Source: Alphaproteobacteria bacterium (GTDB lineage Bacteria > Pseudomonadota > Alphaproteobacteria > UBA2966). Taken from it: a stretch of 64,000 nucleotides of DNA. Under the pieces are notes generated by a model. That model had not been told where the DNA came from. It ran no database searches and saw only the letters and a program-made list of their open reading frames with translations. Below, in pieces: positions 41,748 to 51,838 of the stretch (within the stretch, counting starts at the first letter, position 1; each line of letters opens with the position of its first letter). The stretch lies in assembly GCA_965242505.1 (NCBI GenBank), contig OZ251449.1:2552184-2616183 (forward strand), in the 5' to 3' direction. A program made the position numbers and the translations under genes.

Positions 41748-43886
41748 GTGTCGAGCGCGGCGGAAAATCTTGCCGAGGCCGCCCGCCTCTACCGGGCGGG
41801 CGATCGCGAAGGCGCCAAGGGTCTCTGCGAAAGGCTCGCCGCGGCGGAACCCGGCAACGCCGACGCCCTGAACCTCCGGGGCCTGATCGACCACCGGGCG
41901 GGCGCCCACGCGGCGGCGGCGGACTGGATCGCGCGGGCCCTGGAGATCGAGCCGGAGAACGCGGCGTTCCACTTCAATCTCGGCGAGACCTTGCGCGCGC
42001 GGGGCAAGGTCGACGAGGCGCTGGCCGCCTACTACCGAGCGCTCGGCTTCGACCCCGCCCTCGCCGGCGCCTACACCAGCATCGGGCTTCTCTGCCTGGA
42101 GCGCCGCCGCCTTCCCGAAGCGGCGGACGTCCTGCGGCGCGCCGCCGCCCACATGCCCGCGGACGGCGCCGCGCACGCGCGCCTGGGCGCGGCCCAAGCC
42201 GAGCGCGGCGAACTCGACGAGGCGCTCACGGCCTTCGCCCGGGCCATCCGCTTCGCGCCCGGCGACCCCGATCACGTCCACCTCTTCCTGCGGACGCTCG
42301 ACGCCCGTCCGTTCCCGTCCCTGCCCCCCGGGCCCGTCGGGGAGCTCCGGGCCTGCTTCGATCTCGACGGCATCGAGCATCAGAAGCTGGCGCCCGCGGC
42401 CGCCGCCGTCCTCAAGAGGGACGAGCGGTTCGCGGGGCTCCTGGCGATGGCCGACGGCGGGGACGTCGACGCGATCATGGCCGCGGCGGCGGGCGGCGTG
42501 TTCGACGACCTTCTGTCCGAACCCCTGCTGCTGGGACTGCTCGTCAACACCGTCGTCACCGACGACGAGATGGTCAGAGCCCTGTCGGCGATCCGCCGGG
42601 CCATCGTCCTCCAGGGAGAACGGGGAACGGCGCCCGAGGATTTCGTCGTGGGCAGACGCCGGCAGTTCGTCATCGCGCTCGCGCAGCAATGCTTCGCGAC
42701 CGATTACGCCTGGCCCGAGACGCCGAGGGAAGCCCTGGCGGCCGGATACATGATCTCCGAGGTCCGCCGGGGCCTCGACGCCATCGGCGGCGCCTCCGAG
42801 GCGAGCGCGTGGGATCTCGAGATGTGGAATCGCCTGGCCGTCGTCGCGGCCTACCGCCCCATCCGCAGGATCGAGGGGATCGAGAAGCTGCTGGAGTTGG
42901 GACTCCCGGCGGAAGCGCCCTACCGCCGCATGTTGATCCGGCGGCAGTTGGCGGAACCCCTGCGGGAACGCGAGCTCGCGGCGGCCATGACGCGCGCCGC
43001 CGGCCCGTCGCCGGAGGCCGGCGGAGACGAGGCCGACGCGGCGCCGCGCCCTCGCTGGCGCCGTTCGGCCGAAACCGGGCCGGGAAACCGCGCCGGCGAC
43101 CCGGAAGAACCGATCCCGGACTTCCTGGCCCCGGAATACGCGCGGGGAGGGCGCGTTCTCGTCGCCGGTTGCGCCACCGGGAGACGCGCGCTCCGGCTGG
43201 CGGCGGCTTACGGCGACCTGGAAATCCTGGCGACGGACCCGAGCCTCGCCAACCTCGCCTACGCGGCCCGCATGGCCGCGGAGATGGGCGTCGGCAACGT
43301 CGAGTTCCGTCAGGTTCCGCACGGGCGGCTCGATCGCGTCGACGGACGGTTCCACATCGTCCATACGGGGGATGCGATGCTCCGGACGGGCGACGCCATG
43401 GCCGCTTGGCGCGCCCTCGCGAACCTCCTGCTCCCCGGCGGCCTGATGCGCGTCCAGACGCGCGGGCGGCGAATTCCGGAGGCCCTCGCGGCGGCCCGAA
43501 ACCTCGTCCGCGAGAGAGCGCTGGCCGGAGACGCCGAAGGGGTGCGCGAGGCCCGCAAGCTCCTGCTCGATCTGCCCGAAGGAGAGCCCGCTCGCGGGAT
43601 CGTCGCGGCGGACGGCTTCCACAACCTCCATCAATGCCGCGACCTGCTGTTCCCCGACGGCGAGGAGGCCCTGTTCGCCGTCGCGGACCTGCGGGACGCC
43701 CTGCCGGGCCTGAAACTGCGGTTTCTGGCCTACGAAGTCCGGAAACGGGCCGCCATGCAGGATTTCGCGGAGTTGTTCGGCGATTCGGCGAACCCCGGGG
43801 ATCTGGATCAGTGGGCGGAACTGGAGGAACGGCGGCCCGACTCCCTGGGCGACGCGCACCGGCTCTGGTGCCGGAAGGCGGAGTAG
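41748..43886 (+). CDS. TPR-repeat protein with C-terminal class I SAM-dependent methyltransferase domain
   Basis: N-terminal TPR units (ALNLRGLI.., AAFHFNLGETLRARGKVDEALAAYYRAL). C-terminal VLVAGCATGRRAL motif I-like. Confidence 0.7.
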   Translation: MSSAAENLAEAARLYRAGDREGAKGLCERLAAAEPGNADALNLRGLIDHRAGAHAAAADWIARALEIEPENAAFHFNLGETLRARGKVDEALAAYYRALGFDPALAGAYTSIGLLCLERRRLPEAADVLRRAAAHMPADGAAHARLGAAQAERGELDEALTAFARAIRFAPGDPDHVHLFLRTLDARPFPSLPPGPVGELRACFDLDGIEHQKLAPAAAAVLKRDERFAGLLAMADGGDVDAIMAAAAGGVFDDLLSEPLLLGLLVNTVVTDDEMVRALSAIRRAIVLQGERGTAPEDFVVGRRRQFVIALAQQCFATDYAWPETPREALAAGYMISEVRRGLDAIGGASEASAWDLEMWNRLAVVAAYRPIRRIEGIEKLLELGLPAEAPYRRMLIRRQLAEPLRERELAAAMTRAAGPSPEAGGDEADAAPRPRWRRSAETGPGNRAGDPEEPIPDFLAPEYARGGRVLVAGCATGRRALRLAAAYGDLEILATDPSLANLAYAARMAAEMGVGNVEFRQVPHGRLDRVDGRFHIVHTGDAMLRTGDAMAAWRALANLLLPGGLMRVQTRGRRIPEALAAARNLVRERALAGDAEGVREARKLLLDLPEGEPARGIVAADGFHNLHQCRDLLFPDGEEALFAVADLRDALPGLKLRFLAYEVRKRAAMQDFAELFGDSANPGDLDQWAELEERRPDSLGDAHRLWCRKAE

Positions 43887-43923
43887 GGGGAGGCGGGCGC
43901 CGGATCTGGCGCGCCCGGCCGCG

Positions 43924-44766
43924 TCATGCGCCAAAGAATTCCCGCAGATGGCGCGTTACAGCGCGCGGTTTCTCGAAGGCGATCCAGTGCTGCGCCTGCG
44001 GGAAATAGAACACCTCCATGTCGTCGACCCACGGCGCCGCGATGTCGTTGACCACCGGATCGAGCGCTATGTCCCTTCGGCCCCAGAGCACGCGGACGGG
44101 ACAGACGATGCGACGGGGGGTCGCGTGGCGGCGGCGGGGGATTTCCTTCACGATCTCGCGGTAATAGTTGATCGCCGCGGTGGCGGCGCCCGGCTTCTCG
44201 AAGGCCTCGCGGTACACGGCCACGTCTTCCGGCGGCATGACGCGGGCGAGGCGTATGGAACCGTCGCGGAACTGCGCCCTGTAGTTCTCCTCGGGGAAGT
44301 CCGGCAGCAGGTTGAGGAAGACGTACCAGCTCTTGCGCTGTTGCTCGGCGTGGGTCAGCCAGGCCCGGATCCAAGCGTCCGGATGGGGCGCGTTGAGGAT
44401 GGCGAGCTTGCGGACCCGATCCGGCCAGTCCATGGCCAGCTGATAGGCCACGATGCCGCCCCAGTCGTGCCCGGCCACGAAGGCCGGACCGCCGAGATGA
44501 TCGATGAGGTCCCGCATGTCGGCGGCCAGGGTCGCGGCATCGTACCCGGCGGCCGGCTTTTCCGATTCGTTGAAACCCCGCATGTCCACGGCGACGACCC
44601 TGAAGCGCCGCGACAGCGGGCCGATCTGCTTGCGCCAGGACCACCAGAACTCGGGAAAGCCGTGCATCAGAAGCGCGAGGGGGCCGTCCCCCTTCTCCAC
44701 CCAATGGAGCTCGACGCCGTTCACCCGCGCCCTTCCGTGCGTGACTCCGTCCAGGGTGGCCGTCAT
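43924..44766 (-). CDS. alpha/beta hydrolase (epoxide hydrolase / haloalkane dehalogenase-like)
   Basis: HGFPEFWWSWRKQI, nucleophile elbow GHDWGG, 280 aa. Confidence 0.8.
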   Translation of the reverse strand: MTATLDGVTHGRARVNGVELHWVEKGDGPLALLMHGFPEFWWSWRKQIGPLSRRFRVVAVDMRGFNESEKPAAGYDAATLAADMRDLIDHLGGPAFVAGHDWGGIVAYQLAMDWPDRVRKLAILNAPHPDAWIRAWLTHAEQQRKSWYVFLNLLPDFPEENYRAQFRDGSIRLARVMPPEDVAVYREAFEKPGAATAAINYYREIVKEIPRRRHATPRRIVCPVRVLWGRRDIALDPVVNDIAAPWVDDMEVFYFPQAQHWIAFEKPRAVTRHLREFFGA

Positions 44767-44870
44767 GGCGGATCCTCCAAATCCCGACCGGCGGCGCCCT
44801 CTCCTTTTCGCCGCCGCGGCCCCGAGTGTAGCATCACGCCGCGGACGTTGCGAAAGGAGATGCGCGGATA

Positions 44871-45845
44871 ATGTCGGCGGCGGAACGAAACGGCGGCGCG
44901 TGGAAATTTCCCGCCACCGTCTTCCTGGGCGCCGCGATCATCGCGGTCGCCGAAATCCTGCTCGTCCTGGACGTCGCGTTCCGGGGCGGCGCCGTCATGC
45001 CTTACGAGGCCGTTCCGCCGCCCGAGGGGGCGCTGTCGTCGGTCGCCCGCGGCGCGGCCGTGTTCCTGACCCCGCTGTGCTGGACCGGGCTGCTGTTCCT
45101 GCTCGACGGGCTTCTCCATCGCGGCGCGCTCCGGAGCGCCTCGCCGGTCCGCGACAGGCCCTGGCGGTTCGCCGCGACCTATCTGCTCAGCATTCCCGTC
45201 TGGCTGGTCTTCGACTGGGTGAACTTCCAGTACATCGACGCCTGGCGGTATCACGGCCTTCCGGAAAACCTTCTCGTCCGGCACGCGGGATACTTCCTGG
45301 CATTCGGCGCCATCTGTCCGGGCATGTTCCTGATCGCCGACCTCGCGCAGCGGACGCGGATGGGCCGCCTGCGCGGCCCGGCGCTCGCCCCCAACGCCGT
45401 CGTCCGCGCCGCGCTGATCGCGGCCGGTGCCGCGATGGCGCTGTATCCGTTTCTCGCGCGCGATCCCGTCGGCAGCCTGACGTTGTGGCTGGGCTGGTTC
45501 TTTCTGCTGGATCCCGTCAACGAGCGGCTCGGCGCGCCGAGCATCTTCGGCGACTGGCGGCAAGGGCGGTACGGACGCACCGTCTCGCTGATGGCCGGAG
45601 GCGCCGTCTGCGGCCTGTTGTGGGAGTTCTGGAACTACTGGGCCCTCGCGAAATGGACCTACAACCTGCCGTTCCTCGGCCCGCTGGAGGACGTCGCATA
45701 CTTCGAGATGCCGGCGCTGGGCTTTCTCGGGTTCCTGCCGTTCGCCCTGGAATGCTGGGCCATGGTTCAGACGATCCTGTGGCTGGCCCGGAGACTCGGC
45801 TTCCGGCGCATCGAACCGCTGCCGTCGGGTGATGCGATCACCTGA
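44871..45845 (+). CDS. polytopic membrane protein, unknown function
   Basis: 324 aa with several hydrophobic segments. No motif recognised. Confidence 0.55.
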   Translation: MSAAERNGGAWKFPATVFLGAAIIAVAEILLVLDVAFRGGAVMPYEAVPPPEGALSSVARGAAVFLTPLCWTGLLFLLDGLLHRGALRSASPVRDRPWRFAATYLLSIPVWLVFDWVNFQYIDAWRYHGLPENLLVRHAGYFLAFGAICPGMFLIADLAQRTRMGRLRGPALAPNAVVRAALIAAGAAMALYPFLARDPVGSLTLWLGWFFLLDPVNERLGAPSIFGDWRQGRYGRTVSLMAGGAVCGLLWEFWNYWALAKWTYNLPFLGPLEDVAYFEMPALGFLGFLPFALECWAMVQTILWLARRLGFRRIEPLPSGDAIT

Positions 45846-45868
45846 GCCGGCAGCGTCCCATACTGGCC

Positions 45869-46756
45869 ATGACCGGCGCGGCGCCCGCCGTGCTATGCTG
45901 GCGCTCCGGCGGGCGGGGAGCGATCGTGTTGAGGGAGAGTCTCGGACTGGAGGGCAAGGCGGCGATCGTCACCGGCGGCGGCGCGGCGGGCGAGGGGATC
46001 GGCAACGGGCGCGCGGCGGCCGTCATGCTCGCCCGCGCCGGCGCCCGCGTGCTGGTCGTCGACCGGTTCCTCGACCTGGCGGAGAACACGGTGGGGATGA
46101 TCGAGGCCGAAGGCGGCGAAGCGGTCGCCCACATGGCCGATCTCGGCTGCGAAGACCAGTGCCGGGGCATGGTGGACGCCGCGCTGGAGCGGTTCGGCCG
46201 GCTCGATGTCCTCGACAACAACGTCGGCGTCAGCAGCAAGGGCAGCGTCGTCGAGGAGGGTCGGGACGCCTGGGAGGCGGTCATGCGGGTCAACGTCGAA
46301 AGCGTCTTCCTGGCCTCGAAATACGCCGTGCCGGCGATGGTCGGGAGCGGCGACGGCGGCGCCATCGTCAACATCGCCTCGACGGCCGCCATCCGGCCGC
46401 GCGGCATGACGGCCTATTCCACGTCGAAGGGCGCCGTGATGTCGCTCACCCGCGCCATGGCGGTCGATCACGGCGCCGACGGCATCCGCGTCAACTGCAT
46501 CCTGCCAGGCGCCGTGCATACGCCGCGGCTTTTCCACAAGGGCATGACGGACGAGGCGCGCGAGCGGCGGCGGCGGGCCTCCCTGCTGGAGGTCGAGGGC
46601 GAAGGCTGGGACGTGGGCCGCGCCGTCCTCTATCTCTGTTCGGACTGGGCGCGGTACGTGACCGGGCAATGCCTCGTGGTCGACGGCGGCATGAGCCTGA
46701 CCACGCGCCCGCGGGGCTCGGGGGTCGAGGACCGCCGCGGCGGCGCGCTGGCCTGA
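45869..46756 (+). CDS. SDR-family oxidoreductase
   Basis: KAAIVTGGGAAGEGIG Rossmann motif, NNVG, YSTSK catalytic Tyr-x3-Lys. The true start may be GTG 45926. Confidence 0.8.
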   Translation: MTGAAPAVLCWRSGGRGAIVLRESLGLEGKAAIVTGGGAAGEGIGNGRAAAVMLARAGARVLVVDRFLDLAENTVGMIEAEGGEAVAHMADLGCEDQCRGMVDAALERFGRLDVLDNNVGVSSKGSVVEEGRDAWEAVMRVNVESVFLASKYAVPAMVGSGDGGAIVNIASTAAIRPRGMTAYSTSKGAVMSLTRAMAVDHGADGIRVNCILPGAVHTPRLFHKGMTDEARERRRRASLLEVEGEGWDVGRAVLYLCSDWARYVTGQCLVVDGGMSLTTRPRGSGVEDRRGGALA

Positions 46757-46882
46757 GCGCCGCCCGCGGCGTCCCGCGCGCGCTCCCCGAAACGCCCCGA
46801 ACGTCCGCGTTGCGCGGCGGCGGCGCCCGACCTGTGTAACCCGCCGCGAGGGACCGTATTTCAAGGCGACGGGTGAAGGAGC

Positions 46883-47716
46883 ATGACGACCAGACTGCGG
46901 GTGGCGGAATTCATCGAGGGCAGGCGGGCCCAGACGTTCATCACGGCGTTGATCGTTCTCAACGCCATTTCGCTCGGCCTGGAGACGTCGCCCGCGGCCA
47001 TGGGGAGGTTCGGCGGCGCCCTCGCCGCGTTCGACACGCTCGTGCTCGGCGTGTTCGCCGTCGAGATCGCCGCGAAGCTGTTCGGGCGGGGAGTCGGCTT
47101 CTTCCGGAACGGCTGGAACGTCTTCGATTTCCTGATCGTCGGCATCGCCCTGCTGCCGGCCTCCGGCCCCCTGGCGGTGCTGCGCGCGCTCCGCATTCTC
47201 CGCGTCCTGCGCCTGGTGTCGGCGTCGCCCCAGATGCGGGCGGTGATACAGGCGCTCATCACCGCCATCCCGGGCATGGTCTCGATCGTCGGGCTGATCA
47301 CCCTGATCTTCTACGTCTCGGCGGTGCTGGCGACCAATTTCTTCGGCGGAAGCTTCGACGAGTGGTTCGGCAGCATCGGCGCCTCGATGTTCAGCCTGTT
47401 CCAGATCATGACTCTGGAAAGCTGGTCGATGGGCATCGTGCGCCCGGTCATGGTCGAGTTTCCCCATGCCTGGGCCTTCTTCGTGCCGTTCATCCTGGTG
47501 ACGAGCTTCGCCGTCATCAACCTGTTCATCGGCGTCATCGTGGACGCCATGCAGACGCACCATGCTGAGGAAGCCCGGCGCATCGGGGCGCGCGTGGACG
47601 AGGATACGGAGTCCCTGCGCCGCGAGATGGCGGGACTGCGCGAGGAAATCGCCGGATTGCGGCGGTCGCTGCGGGCTGGCGAAGGCCCTGAACCGCGCAG
47701 CGCCGGCGGGGGATGA
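46883..47716 (+). CDS. bacterial voltage-gated sodium channel (NaChBac/BacNaV family)
   Basis: S4 segment with Arg every third residue (LRALRILRVLRLV). Pore filter FQIMTLESWSMG. C-terminal coiled coil. Confidence 0.8.
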   Translation: MTTRLRVAEFIEGRRAQTFITALIVLNAISLGLETSPAAMGRFGGALAAFDTLVLGVFAVEIAAKLFGRGVGFFRNGWNVFDFLIVGIALLPASGPLAVLRALRILRVLRLVSASPQMRAVIQALITAIPGMVSIVGLITLIFYVSAVLATNFFGGSFDEWFGSIGASMFSLFQIMTLESWSMGIVRPVMVEFPHAWAFFVPFILVTSFAVINLFIGVIVDAMQTHHAEEARRIGARVDEDTESLRREMAGLREEIAGLRRSLRAGEGPEPRSAGGG

Positions 47717-47723
47717 CCGCCGG

Positions 47724-49232
47724 ATGGGCGGCGAACGAGCGATCATCGTCAGGGGTGGGCGCGTGCTCGACGGCGCCCGGCCCGGGGCGGAACCCGGCGA
47801 CCTGTTGATCGAGGGCGATACGATCCGCGGCGTCGGCCCTCCCGGCCTCCCGGCGCCCGCGGACGCCGTCCTGCTCGACGCGCGCGGCAAGCTTCTGCAT
47901 CCAGGACTGATCAACGCCCACACCCACGGATACCACGCGGCGCACAAGGCCACGACGGATCGCTGGACCCTGGAGCGGTTCCTCACGGTCAGCCCCTGGA
48001 TCAACGCCGACCTGAGTCTCGAGGCGACCCGGCTGTTCACCAGGATCGCGGCGGTGGAGATGGCGCTCAAGGGCTGCACCGCCTGCTACGACCTGCCCCT
48101 GCCCTTGCCGCTGCCGACCCTCGACGCGCTGAACAGCGTGACGCGGGCCTACGCCGATGTCGGGATACGCGCCGTGGTCGCCCCGATGGTGGCCGACATC
48201 TCCATCTTCCACGCCGTGCCGGGCTTCCTGGACGCGCTGCCGCCGTCGTTCCGCCGGGATCTCGAAAATCGCGCGGCCGAGCCCGAAACGGCGATCCTGG
48301 CCCAATACCGGATGCTGTTCCGGGACTGGCGCGAAGAGGGCGGCCTCGCGCGTCTCGCCGTCTCGCCCGCCATCGCCCACCACTGCACGGCGCCCCTGTT
48401 CACGGGGCTCGCCGAACTGGCCCGGGAAAACGGCGCCGGACTTCACACCCATCTCGCGGAGTCCAGGATACAGGCCGTCTCCGGCCTCGAGCGGTTCGGC
48501 AAGACCGTGACAGCCTGGCTCGACGACCTCGGCGTGCTGGGCCCGAACTTCACGGCGGCGCACGGAGTCTGGCTCGACGACGACGACGTCCGGCGGCTCG
48601 CCGACCGCGGCGCCGCAGTCGCGCACAACCCGGGCAGCAACCTGCGGCTCGGGGTCGGGATCGCGGACGTTCGCAAGATGCTCGACGCGGGCCTCGACGT
48701 GGGCGTCGGCACCGATGGCGCACGCTCGTCGGACCATCAGAACATGTACGAGGCGACGCGCCTCGCCGCGCTCGTCTCGACGGCGCACGGCCGCGATCGC
48801 GAGGCCGGCCTTTCGGCCGCCGAGGCGTTCCACGCGGCGACCGTCGGCGGCGCGCGGACGCTGGGCCTCGACAAGATCGGACGCCTCGCGCCGGGATACA
48901 AGGCGGATATCGTCTTCCTGGACCTCGGGCGGATCAACTGGATACCCCTGAACGACCCGTTGCTCCAGATCGTCCACGTCGAGGACGGCGGCAGCGTGGA
49001 CACCGTCATGGTGGGCGGGAAGGTGGTGGTGGAGAACGGCAGGCCCGCGACCGTCGACATGGCGGCGCTCGCCTCCGAGGCCGACGCGCTGCGCCCCCGG
49101 TTCGAGGAGCTGATGTCCCGGAACCCGGAGCTGCTCGGGCAGGCGCAATCGATCGGCGGAGAGTTCTGCGGCGCGCTGGCTGCGGAGCCCTATCACATCG
49201 AGCGGCGCATCCCCGCGGCGGGGCATCGGTGA
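47724..49232 (+). CDS. metal-dependent amidohydrolase (cytosine/guanine deaminase-chlorohydrolase superfamily)
   Basis: LHPGLINAHTH metal-binding HxH. ..HLAES.., ..GTDGA.. downstream motifs. Confidence 0.75.
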   Translation: MGGERAIIVRGGRVLDGARPGAEPGDLLIEGDTIRGVGPPGLPAPADAVLLDARGKLLHPGLINAHTHGYHAAHKATTDRWTLERFLTVSPWINADLSLEATRLFTRIAAVEMALKGCTACYDLPLPLPLPTLDALNSVTRAYADVGIRAVVAPMVADISIFHAVPGFLDALPPSFRRDLENRAAEPETAILAQYRMLFRDWREEGGLARLAVSPAIAHHCTAPLFTGLAELARENGAGLHTHLAESRIQAVSGLERFGKTVTAWLDDLGVLGPNFTAAHGVWLDDDDVRRLADRGAAVAHNPGSNLRLGVGIADVRKMLDAGLDVGVGTDGARSSDHQNMYEATRLAALVSTAHGRDREAGLSAAEAFHAATVGGARTLGLDKIGRLAPGYKADIVFLDLGRINWIPLNDPLLQIVHVEDGGSVDTVMVGGKVVVENGRPATVDMAALASEADALRPRFEELMSRNPELLGQAQSIGGEFCGALAAEPYHIERRIPAAGHR

Positions 49233-49290
49233 ACCGCCATCCTCACGGCGGAGCGAGCGGCCGGCCGCCGCGCGCGTCGATGGCCGGCGC

Positions 49291-49302
49291 GGGAAATGCG
49301 GG
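49291..49302 (-). repeat. terminal fragment of a mosaic element (GGGAAATGCGGG) abutting a TAG stop
   Basis: Matches the GAGAAATGCGGG terminus of the other copies. Only about 12 nt, so it could be chance. Confidence 0.3.
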
Positions 49303-51750
49303 CTACGCCAGGATCCGTTCGCGTCCGGGGTCGTGGAAGGGGGCGAGCGACGCCCGCGCGGGAAATCGCTCGCCGGCGATCTCGATCTCGTAACTCCCGG
49401 CCTCGATCCATTCCCGCGTGACGCCCGCTTCGCGGCAGACGTAGCCCATGCCGACGGCGGCGCCGACCGTGTGGCCGAACATGCCGGACGTGAGATATCC
49501 GACGATCTCGCCGTCGCGGCGGATCGGCTCGTAGTGGTGGAGCAGCGGCTCCGGGTCCTCCAGGGCGAACAGGACGAGACGCTTGCCGACGCCCGTGTCC
49601 CTCTGGCGCAGCGCGGCGTCGCGGCCGATGAACCCGGCGTTCTTCCCGTACGCCACGGCGAAGCCGAGGCCGGCTTCCTGCGCCGTGTCCTCGTCGCTGA
49701 TGTCGTGTCCCCAGTGGCGATAGCCCTTCTCCAGGCGGAGGGAGTTCACCGCATGGAACCCGACGGGGGCCAGCCCGACGTCCCGACCGCGCGCCATGAG
49801 CTCGTCGCAGACGCCGGCGGCGAACTCGGCCGGCACGTAGAGCTCCCAGCCCAGCTCCCCGACGTAGGTGATGCGGGTCGCGCGCGCCGTCGCGTAGCCG
49901 ACGTCGATCTCGCGGGAGGTCGCGAAGGGGAAGGCGTCGTTGCCGAGGTCCGCGCTCGTGACCCGCGACAGCAGGTCCCGGGCCTTCGGCCCCATGACGC
50001 CGAGAACGGCGTAGGCGGACGTCACGTCCGTGACCGCGGCTCGCGACCCGTCGGGGATGTGGCGGTTGAGCCAGTCGACGTCCCGCGTCTGACTCTCCAC
50101 CCCGGTCACGACGAGGAAGCCGTCCTCGGCGAGACGGGTGACGGTGACGTCGGCCTCGATGCCGCCGCGGTCGTTGAGCCATTGCGTATAGACGACGCGG
50201 CCCACGGGAACCGCGACGTCGTTGGCGCAGATGCGGTTGAGCGCCGCCTCCGCGTCGGCGCCGGACACCAGGATCTTGCCGAAACTGCTCTGGTCGATCA
50301 GCCCGACGCGCTCACGCACCGCCCGATGCTCGTCCGCCGAATACTCGAACCAGTTCTGACGCCGCTAGGAATACTCGTACCGGGGCTCGACCCCTTCCGG
50401 CGCATACCAGTTGGGACGCTCCCAGCCGGCGGCCTCCCCGAAGCAGGCCCGGCGCGCCGCGAGCCGGTCGTGGAGGGGCGACTTGCGGATGCCGCGCGCC
50501 GTCACGAACTGCCGGAAGGGCCAGCGCATGTCGTAGAGGAGACCCAGCCCCTCGACGACGCGCTCCTCGAGATAGCGGGCATTCCCCTAGAAAGGCTGCA
50601 TCCGGCGCGGGTCGACTTCCCACAGGTCCATGCCCGGATGACCGTTGACGATCCACTCGGCGAGCACCTTGCCCGCGCCGCCCGACGATCCGACGCCGAT
50701 CGAGTTGAACCCGCACGCGAGGTAGAAGTTCCGAAGCTCGGGCGCCTCGCCGAGGAGGTAGCGGTCATCCGGCGTGAAGCTCTCCGGTCCGCAGAAGAAC
50801 GTCTGCACGCCCGTCTCCGCGAGGACGGGAATGCGATGCAGGGCGCTTTCCATGATGGGCTCGAAGTGGTCCCAGTCCTCGGGCAGCTGATCGAACTCGA
50901 AGTCTTCGGGGATGCCGCCCATGCCCCAGGGCTTGGCCTCCTTCTCGAAGGCGCCCACGAGCAGCTTGCCCGCGTCCTCCTTGACGTAGAGGCCCGCGTT
51001 CTGCTCGCGCAGCGACGGGGTGCCGGGGCTCAGCCCCGCAATCGGCTCGGTCACGACGTAGAAGTGCTCGGCGGCGTGGAGAGGCGTGTTGACCCCCGCC
51101 AGCCGGCCGATCTCGCGGCCCCACATGCCGCCGCAGTTGACGACGAACTCCGCGCGGATGTCGCCGTCGTCCGTCGCCACGCCCGTGACCCGGCCGCCGC
51201 TCCGGCGTATGGCCGTGACCCTGGTGTTCTCGAAGATCCGCGCGCCGCGCATACGCGCGCCCTTGGCGTAGGCCAACGTCGTGTCGACGGGATTCGTCTG
51301 TCCCTCGCTCGGGATGAAGACCCCGCCGATCAGGTCGTCCGCGTTCAACAGCGGCCACAGCTCCAGCGCCTCTCCCGGCGACAGCACCCGGACCTCGAGC
51401 CCGAAGCAGCGGCCCATGGAGGCGTTGCGCTTGAGTTCGATGAACCGTTCCTCGTCGGCCGTCACGAGCAACGCTCCGTTCTGCTTGTAGCCGGTGGCCT
51501 GACCGGTCTCCTCCTCCAGGGACAGCAGAACCTCGGTCGTGTACTGGGCGAGACGCGTCATGTTGAACGTGGCGCGGAGCTGTCCGATCAGGCCCGCGGC
51601 ATGCCACGTCGTCCCGCTGGTCAGCGACTTTCGTTCCAGCAGGACGACGTCGGTCCAGCCCGCCCGGGTCAGGTGATAGGCGACGCTGCAACCGATGACG
51701 CCGCCGCCGATGATGACGACCCGGGCCTGCTCCGGTAGTTTGTCGGACAT
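49303..51750 (-). pseudogene. dimethylglycine/sarcosine dehydrogenase-family gene (FAD DAO domain + GcvT aminomethyltransferase domain) interrupted by two in-frame TAG codons
   Basis: One continuous frame. [17 protein letters not shown] at the N-terminus and GLIDQSSFGKILVSG..GcvT-like at the C-terminus. TAG at 50587-50589 and at 50365-50367. Confidence 0.8.
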
Positions 51751-51838
51751 GCGCGCCTCATGCGTGCCGGGTGGTCATGGATACGACAGGAGGTCCCCGG
51801 TCGGCAACGGGGCGAGCGATTCCGCCCGACCGCAAGGC

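Noticed and set aside
50365-50589. UAG recoding (pyrrolysine or an amber-suppressing code) to explain the two in-frame TAGs.
   Set aside because: TAG is used as the ordinary terminator of atpA, atpG, atpD, ctpA and the MFS gene in this same window. No pyl genes are seen here, and the host looks alphaproteobacterial. Nonsense mutation or base error is more parsimonious.
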